A stretch of 55,038 nt of DNA, the filler included, from Jimgerdemannia flammicorona (taxonomy: Eukaryota), in the NCBI GenBank assembly GCA_003990765.1. It is 3 parts of 3 records of this genome, joined end to end, with 100 filler letters (N's around TTAATTAATTAA, not from the genome) between each part and the next. Parts side by side here need not be neighbours in the genome. Positions count along the whole stretch, not along the records: positions 36,774 to 55,038 come from RBNJ01002250.1; 2 more parts are not named here. One strand, given 5' to 3'. Below are positions 48,124-55,038 of this stretch, piece by piece (positions within the stretch are counted from its first letter, which is position 1; every line of letters begins with the position of its first letter). Below the pieces are notes generated by a model. That model was given only the letters and a program-made list of their open reading frames with translations, made no database searches and was not told where the DNA came from. The translations under genes were made by a program, and so were the position numbers.

Positions 48124-51100
48124 ATGGAAATGCATCCCTCTACATTCTATAGATATACTACTGAAGAGTCAATCCTGACCTTCATTGAAGACTTTGAACA
48201 ATTTGCCACTGTATGAGCCCTTGGTGTGGATGCTCAATTGGCCCTTCTACTAGTTAGCCTCAGAGGACCTGCCAGAGATAAGTTCAATGCAGCCACCATT
48301 GCTGATGCTGGTGCAGCCAAACTTACCAACATGAAGGCCTTCCTCAGAACAACATATTATACTGAAGAGATCAATCAAGCTCTCAAGGATCAACTCAATA
48401 CTATCTGCCAGGGACTTAGTGAAGATCCCAACTCATTCTATACCCAAATTTGCCACCAGATTGTCTTGGCTGGCTATGATGATTGTCTCAAGGAACAAAT
48501 TGCAGATTCAACCTTCCTCAAAGGAGTTTACCCTGAAATTGCCCTAGCAATCTAGTCTACCCTAGCTGCACTGACCCTTGATCAGAAAGTGGTCTTTGCA
48601 CAGAGATATTGGACTGCCAGACACCCTGCTGAACACTCAATGGAGAAAATAACTGACATCAAGATGGAGCCATCAAAGCCAACTAGTATCTTACCTACCA
48701 CAGTTGTAAACAGACAACCAATCCCACCTACCCCCAAGACAACCAAAGCTGACCCAGTGGAAGAACTTGCAAAGCAGTTCACCGAGATGACTGCACACCT
48801 TGGTGATGTTGTTAGAGAAGTCTGAAGCACCAACAGGAGACCAGTACAGAGATTTGCAGCTGCTACAGAAGAACATAATAATATCACATACTTCAGATGT
48901 GGAGAAGAAGGCCACTATGCAAAGAATTATATGACCAAAACAAGACGCAAAGCCCAACCAAGCAATGCTAGCAGAACTAGAGAACAAACCAATGCAGTAG
49001 TCATTGAGAAGATTGGTGACACTGATGATGAAGAGTATTATGAGGAGCTCGAATTCTACCCTGCTACTGAAGGTACCAGAACCCGGTCCAAGCCCTATGA
49101 CAAGAAGAGCAATAGCAAGCCAGTTGGAAGACCAAAAAAGACTCCAGCTGTCACTATTCAAAGTAAGACCCAACACAAGGAGATTGATTAAGATATGGAG
49201 TTAGACGAGGCTGCCCACCAAATTATCGAAGGTACTACTCTAGTCTTAGAAGAAAGCGAGAGCAAGAAGGAACAGAAGCTGTACAAGACCAAGATTCACC
49301 AGTATAATATCTACAAGAACCTCAAGGAACAGAAGGTCAATGTCACTTTTGGGCAGCTAGCTGAGGTCCCTGCCTTCAGATAGCAGTTGAGAGTAGGACT
49401 TGTAACTACTGTCAAGAATCAAGAGTATAAGATTGTAAAAGCTCACAATGTACAAGAAGAATCTGAGAACTCAGGTGAAGAATCCGAAGACCAGTGCAAG
49501 ACATCAGCCTATACCCCCTGCCAGATTGAAGACTGTATCTTTGATGCCATCATTGATACTAGTGCTGGAGGATGCCTCATAAGTAAGAAGGCAATTGACC
49601 GCCTAGGTTGGGATATTGAAGAGTCCACCAAAATGGTCTATGTTACAGCAGACAATACACAAGCTACCCCCCTTGGCAAAATCCGAGAAGTCCCCATCAA
49701 GATAGGAGGAGCTACCATCCCAGTAGACGTGATTATTACAAGTGCCACCAACTATGACATCCTCATTGGCAACCAATGACTTCATAAGGCCAAGGCCATT
49801 ATTGACCTCAATACCCAGAAGATGCAGATCAACTACAGAGGGAGAAAGGTACGAGTTTCTATCAATGTCCACAAAGGAGTCCTGCCAGACATGGAGAAAG
49901 GAGATGAAGAAGATACAGAGGTCTTCATGCACTCAGTGAACAAGAACAAGAACAAGACACCCAAGCTCACAGATGAGCAGTGGTATAACAAGATCATCGA
50001 TAGGTATGCCCCTCAAGGAAGATACCCCCATGGTACTAGAATGTACTGCTCCGAACACCTGAATGACTGCTGGTCCTGTATCAGCAAAGTCAGGAAAATC
50101 CACCAACAAAAATATGAGCAAGAAGCTGCTGAAGCAAAAAGGAAAGCTGAAGAAGATGACCAGCCCCCAGAGCTTCAAGCTGACAGTGATGATAAGGAGG
50201 AACAAGAACCAGACATCACTCTCAAGGTCAAGAAGTTTCACCCTGAAGCCAAGATCCCAGAATATAAGACTGAAGGAGCCATAGGAATGGATCTTGCCAG
50301 TATCCAAGATACTACCCTCGAACCACAGACCACCACCTTACTTGGCACTGGAATTGGAGTCAAGTTGCCAGAAAACCATGCTGGAATTATCAAGACCAGG
50401 AGCAGTCTGGCCAAAAGCAAAATCTCAGTTGAAGGAGGAATAATTGACCCTGATTACACTGGTGAGATTTTTCTCATAGTCAGAAATCACAACCACACCA
50501 CTCCCTTCGAAGTCAAGAAGTATGACAGGATTGGCCAGATGCTGATCCATGAAATCAAGAAGCCTAAGATCATAGAGACCACTGAACTTATTAAGACTAA
50601 GAGAGGAGAACAAGGCTTTGGATCTACTGGAAGAGGAGCCTATGCCGCCACCAAGATTACCAAACTTGAGCATAAGAAAAACAAGGACCAGAACAAGCAC
50701 ACATATACCATTGGAGAAAACTTTCCCTTGGAGGAACAACTTCTCAAGATTCTGTATCAGAATGAAGGAGTACTTGCTACAGACTTTAGGGATATCCACA
50801 ATCAAGAACCCAAGTACCACCATGAAGTTGACACTGATGATACCAAGCCTATCTACCAGAAAGCCAGACCCATACCACCTGCCTACAGAGAGTGGCTGCG
50901 AGCCGAACTTAAGGAAATGGAAGAAGCTGGAATCATCAAGCAAGCTATCAGCCCCTGGGCCTCACCCATTGTCCTTGCCCCGAAGAAAGGAAGCAAGCCT
51001 GGAGAGTTCACACTAAGACTCTGCATTGACTACAGGAAACTCAATGCCATCACCAAGAAGGATAGGCAGCCCTTGCTGAATATTCAAGAAATCCTTACCA

Positions 51101-52152
51101 CCCTTGGAAGTGAAGCCAAATACTACACCACCTTGGATCTGTTCTCAGGCTTCCATCAGATCGGTCTCACTCAAGATGCCAGTGAGAAATCAGCCTTCAT
51201 CACACCTGATGCCACCTACATCTATCTGCAAATACCATTTGGAATGTACAATGCCTCAGCAAGTTTCCAGCAAATAATGAACAGAGTCTTCAGCAATGAG
51301 ATTGGAAAATAGCTCTTTATCTATGTTGATGATGTGATCATCTTCAGCAATACTGCACGGGAACATATCAATCATATACAGCTAGCCCTCAAGAGGCTCA
51401 AGGAGCATGGCCTCTACATCAAGCCCAAGAAATGCAAGTTTGCAGCTCAAGAAATCACCTACCTAGGATACCTCATCAACCAGACTGGAATCCACACAGA
51501 CCCCATGAAGATCAAGGCTGTTGTAGCCTATCCAAGATCCAGAACAACCACAGAAGTCCATGCCTTCCTTGGACTGGCCAGCTACTACAGAAGATTTATC
51601 AAAGGATACTCCAACATTGCAGTACCTATCTATGAGCTATTGAAGAAGGAGACCAAATTCGAATGGACCAAGGAGTGCCAAGAAATCTTCAATGAACTTA
51701 AGACCAGGTTGACCCAAGCACCCATCCTCAGAAGACCAGACTGGAACCTAGAATTCATCCTGCAGATAGACACAAGTGCTATAGGACTTGGAGCGGTCCT
51801 AGCTCAGAAGAAAGATGGACATGAATATGTCATCTCCTATGCAAGCCGAGGTACCTGCAGAGCAGAGCAGAACTACGAGTCATACAAGCTTGAATGCTTA
51901 GCAGTAGTTTGGGCAGTAGACAAATTCCACTACTACCTAGCTGGAAAACACTTCACCATTCAGACAGACCATTCCGCTCTTGCCTGGCTATTCCACACTC
52001 TGAACCCCAAAGGAATATATGTCAGATGGATCTACAGACTGCAAGAATATAACTGTACTATCAAGCACCGCCCAGGAAAGACCAACACCAATGCCAATGC
52101 ACTCTCAAGGACACCCCAAAACATCCCCATCAAGACTATTCAACATGAATAA
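48124..52152 (+). pseudogene. gag-pol single frame: gag, CCHC, protease, dUTPase, RT, RNase H (several in-frame stops)
   Basis: (C)FRCGEEGHYAKN(C), AIIDTSAGG, LCIDYRKLN, YVDD, ILQIDTS...TDHSAL...NANALSR. The ORF-track pieces from 48226 to 51334 share one frame. Confidence 0.92.
50218..50635 (+). CDS. dUTPase domain (intact motifs) between protease and RT
   Basis: GAIGMDL, TRSSLA, GGIIDPDYTGEI, DRIGQ, KRGEQGFGSTG. Confidence 0.95.
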
Positions 52153-53392
52153 GGAGCTATACTATGGATTAATTAGCTACCTTGGGCAGCGGAAGATGCC
52201 CAACCACCTTGAACCCTGGACAATCACTATCATCAACCAAACTTGGAAACAGTTTGAATTAGACAACACTACACTCAGAAAAGGAGGAAAGCTAGTAATA
52301 CTTGAACACAAGAAGTATCAAGTAATGAAGGAAGTACATGAGCAAGGACACTTAGGAGGAACTAACATATATGACAAGGCAAGAAGAACTATATAGTGGC
52401 TCAAGATAGAAGAAGACCTATGCCAATTTGTCAAAGGGTGTAACAAGTGCCAAAAACAGAAACAAGATCAGCAAGACCAGGCACCCGGATCATCAAGAAT
52501 CGAACCTATCCCCTTCCACCATATCGCAATGGATATCATTGGACCACTACCAGTAACACTATCAGGAAACCACTATATTATAGTTATTGTAGACCTCTTT
52601 ACCAAATGGATAGAGGCAGGAGTATTACAAGAAGTCAATGCCTTCTCTATAGCTGATTTTCTATACCGAGAAATCATCTGCTGCTACAAGACACCAAAGC
52701 AAATCACAATAGACCACGGCACAGAATTTGTCAATGGATTCCATGAGATAATATACCAGAAATACAAGATCCAGTACATCAAGACCACCACATACCACCC
52801 TCAAGGAAATGGACAGACAGAGAGAACCAACAAGACCCTCAAGAACATCCTAGCAAAGATCTTAGAGACATATGAGAATTGGGATAACTATCTCTCAACT
52901 GTCCTCTCTATTCTACGAGACACATGATCACAGAGCACACATTTTACCCCAAGAGAGCTGCTCTTTGGAGAAGAAGATTCTAATGGAACCTCAGTCATAA
53001 ATCTAGACCTAACTTGGAGACAGGTTGATGCAGAAATCCAGAGACTATACCAAATTAGGAAGAAGACTGAAGATTATATCACCAAGTCACAAGCACTGAT
53101 AAGGAAGAATGTGGAAAAGAATCACAAGGCCCTAGAACCCATCCGAATTGGAGAAAAGGTTCTACTGTATCGAAATATGGTAGAAGGCTCATGGTTACGA
53201 AAACTGGAGCCCAAATGGGAAGGACCCTTCTACATGCAAGATATCAAGGGAACTACCTTCTGGCATAGAAAAATCTCAGAGACCATACTGCCTACCATGG
53301 TACATAGGAACAGACTCAAGAAGTACCACGAACCTATACAAGAGAAGCAAAATGTGATGACTGCCCATGAGGTTCTAGTCCATGAATCGTAA
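52145..53392 (+). pseudogene. Integrase ORF of family 2 (separate frame, own ATG)
   Basis: MNKELYYG...HEQGHLG...C.KCQK, MDIIGPLP, DLFTKW, TIDHGTEF, YHPQGNGQTERTN, KLEPKWEGPF. Confidence 0.9.
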
Positions 53393-53696
53393 CAGCATGT
53401 CCTATGACCAGCAGGCTATCTGTCTGGACCATTCTCTAAGGGATACAGCACTAGCAATTACTCATCCATGAAGACTTTCACAGTCAGAGGAGTTCGAACC
53501 ATCAACTGATTGGTCAAGATCAGAATCAGGTCCTTGCTCTATATGAAGGAAGCGACTCTTCACCATTATGCCAAAATATAAAGAGAAGACACCAGCCCAT
53601 AAACACCAGTTTTTGACCCCTTGCCAGAGGTTATGGGATCAGCAAATTTTTCAGGACTAGACCAATGAATAAGGATGCTCAGGAAGATCCTTATTC

Positions 53697-53706
53697 AGGA
53701 GGAAGA
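53697..53706 (+). promoter_or_regulatory. Polypurine tract
   Basis: AGGAGGAAGA immediately precedes TGTAACA of the 3' LTR. Confidence 0.75.
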
Positions 53707-55038
53707 TGTAACAGTGACCCCAGAATGATAACATCAACACAGGAGATAGCCTTTCTTTACAAGCCACCAGATCGGAGTACAAGAAGATCATATGGCATAT
53801 GAGATGAGCAATGATGACCAACTGTAAGTCATTGTGACTACAGCACAAGTATTCCGAAGAATATAAAAGAAGGATCAAGAAACTGCAGTAGCAGCAACCA
53901 AAACCACCAATCCCAAAATAGCTCAAAGACTTACCACAAACAAAATGCCTGCTGCCTGCCAAACCTCAAGGTCAAGGAAGTATCAAGGTATCTCAGTCAA
54001 GGAAAAGATGTTCCAAGATATCAGAAGAGCTATGAGAACCCACTCAAGAAGGACTCCTAGTGTTAACCTGGGTACTGCAGACCCCTATCACTTTATTCTC
54101 TACTACCGTGAAATAGAAACAAGGATCACCATTGCCACCAAATGCCTCCAAATGTGGCAGAAATATGAAATAGGAAACCTCCTCTGCCAGGAGTTCCCAC
54201 AGGCCAGCCCTCAAGAGCTACAAGATGCCACTCCCATGGACCTACATGAGGCAAGGACAGCAAAGAAGATCCATCAGATCTTCAGGCATGCACCATAGTC
54301 AATCTCCAACTTGGAGTATGTTAGAGTCTCAGACTTCAGAGACCTGTCATCCTGCCATATCAATGCACTAGAAGTTAGGGTAGCTACAGAAGCCCAGTCT
54401 ACCATCACCCTCAACAGTGAAGAAGTAGAAGACTTCTGGCACCCTATCCTTCAGGACAACCCAGACCAATTCCTGCAAGGATTGATCTCAGTATTCCAAG
54501 GCCCAAGCATCCGGGTTAGATCTCTCCAAGACCTCACATTTGTCCCCTATTTTGTGGAAGAGAACCTCATAGACTGGAGAGCTCCAGATCTTGTCCCCAA
54601 TTTCCCTGCCGAACATGATGACATCATCGATGACATCATCCCATGTGACATACCCAAAGCACGCAAAGTATATGAAATGTGTGATAATGAAGTACGTGAG
54701 ACGCGCAGCCTGCATGACGAATTCGCAGACCTCATCTCCTTCAGTGATGATGATGATGAAGCTCCCATGGTCCTGAACTTTCTGCTCTAAGTTCTTTGTT
54801 ACACTGGATAATGCCAGCACCGGTATTCTCATGTAACACTGGATAATGCCAGCACTGGTATTCTGAGGTGATGCGAAATTGTTCCAGCATCAGCATTTTG
54901 ATGTGATACTAAATAATGCCAGCCCTGGAACTTAGTAGTTTTAGTTATTGGAATTTATATTTAGCTTTATATCTTAGCAACTATTGAATTATATTTTGTA
55001 TAAATACCTCTCTTATTTCCTCTGAAATAAAGTCAGTT
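53707..55038 (+). repeat. 3' LTR of family 2 (partial)
   Basis: Direct repeat of 46469-47800. Confidence 0.9.
53945..54790 (+). pseudogene. LTR-encoded ORF3, second copy (one TGG>TAG stop at 54296)
   Basis: Same 846-bp frame as 46707-47552, with its stop at a different codon. Confidence 0.8.

Larger units (their letters stand above)
46469..55038 (+). mobile_element. Ty3/Gypsy LTR retrotransposon, family 2 (dUTPase-bearing, near-complete; 3' LTR cut by window end)
   Basis: LTRs 46469-48002 and 53707->55038, PBS, PPT, full domain set with in-frame stops. Confidence 0.95.

Overview
This is eukaryotic, intron-containing fungal DNA. An early-diverging (Mucoromycota/Endogonales-like) origin is inferred from gene content and style, not proven. 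The window consists of three probably unrelated contigs (1-18287, 18388-36673, 36774-55038) joined by N-linkers that contain TTAATTAATTAA. CpG-rich gene islands carry a CRYZL1-like oxidoreductase (3' part), a Zn2Cys6 transcription factor, a Gdown1/GRINL1A-like gene, a Crinkler/REase-like (pseudo)gene and PAPS reductase MET16. These islands sit among CpG-depleted, C>T-mutated transposons: three Ty3/Gypsy elements, two hAT transposase relics, palindromic MITEs, a Copia relic and seven segments (six insertions) of a ~1.2 kb poly(A) retroposon. The main discovery is a shared, unusual Gypsy architecture. All three elements have an integrase ORF out of frame with RNase H, its start codon overlapping the RNase H stop, plus an unnamed homologous ORF3 (YxxIGxxL...AxR/KIYxIF). 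The two more complete elements also show gag-protease-Cys module-dUTPase-RT-RNase H upstream. In one family ORF3 lies inside the LTR.
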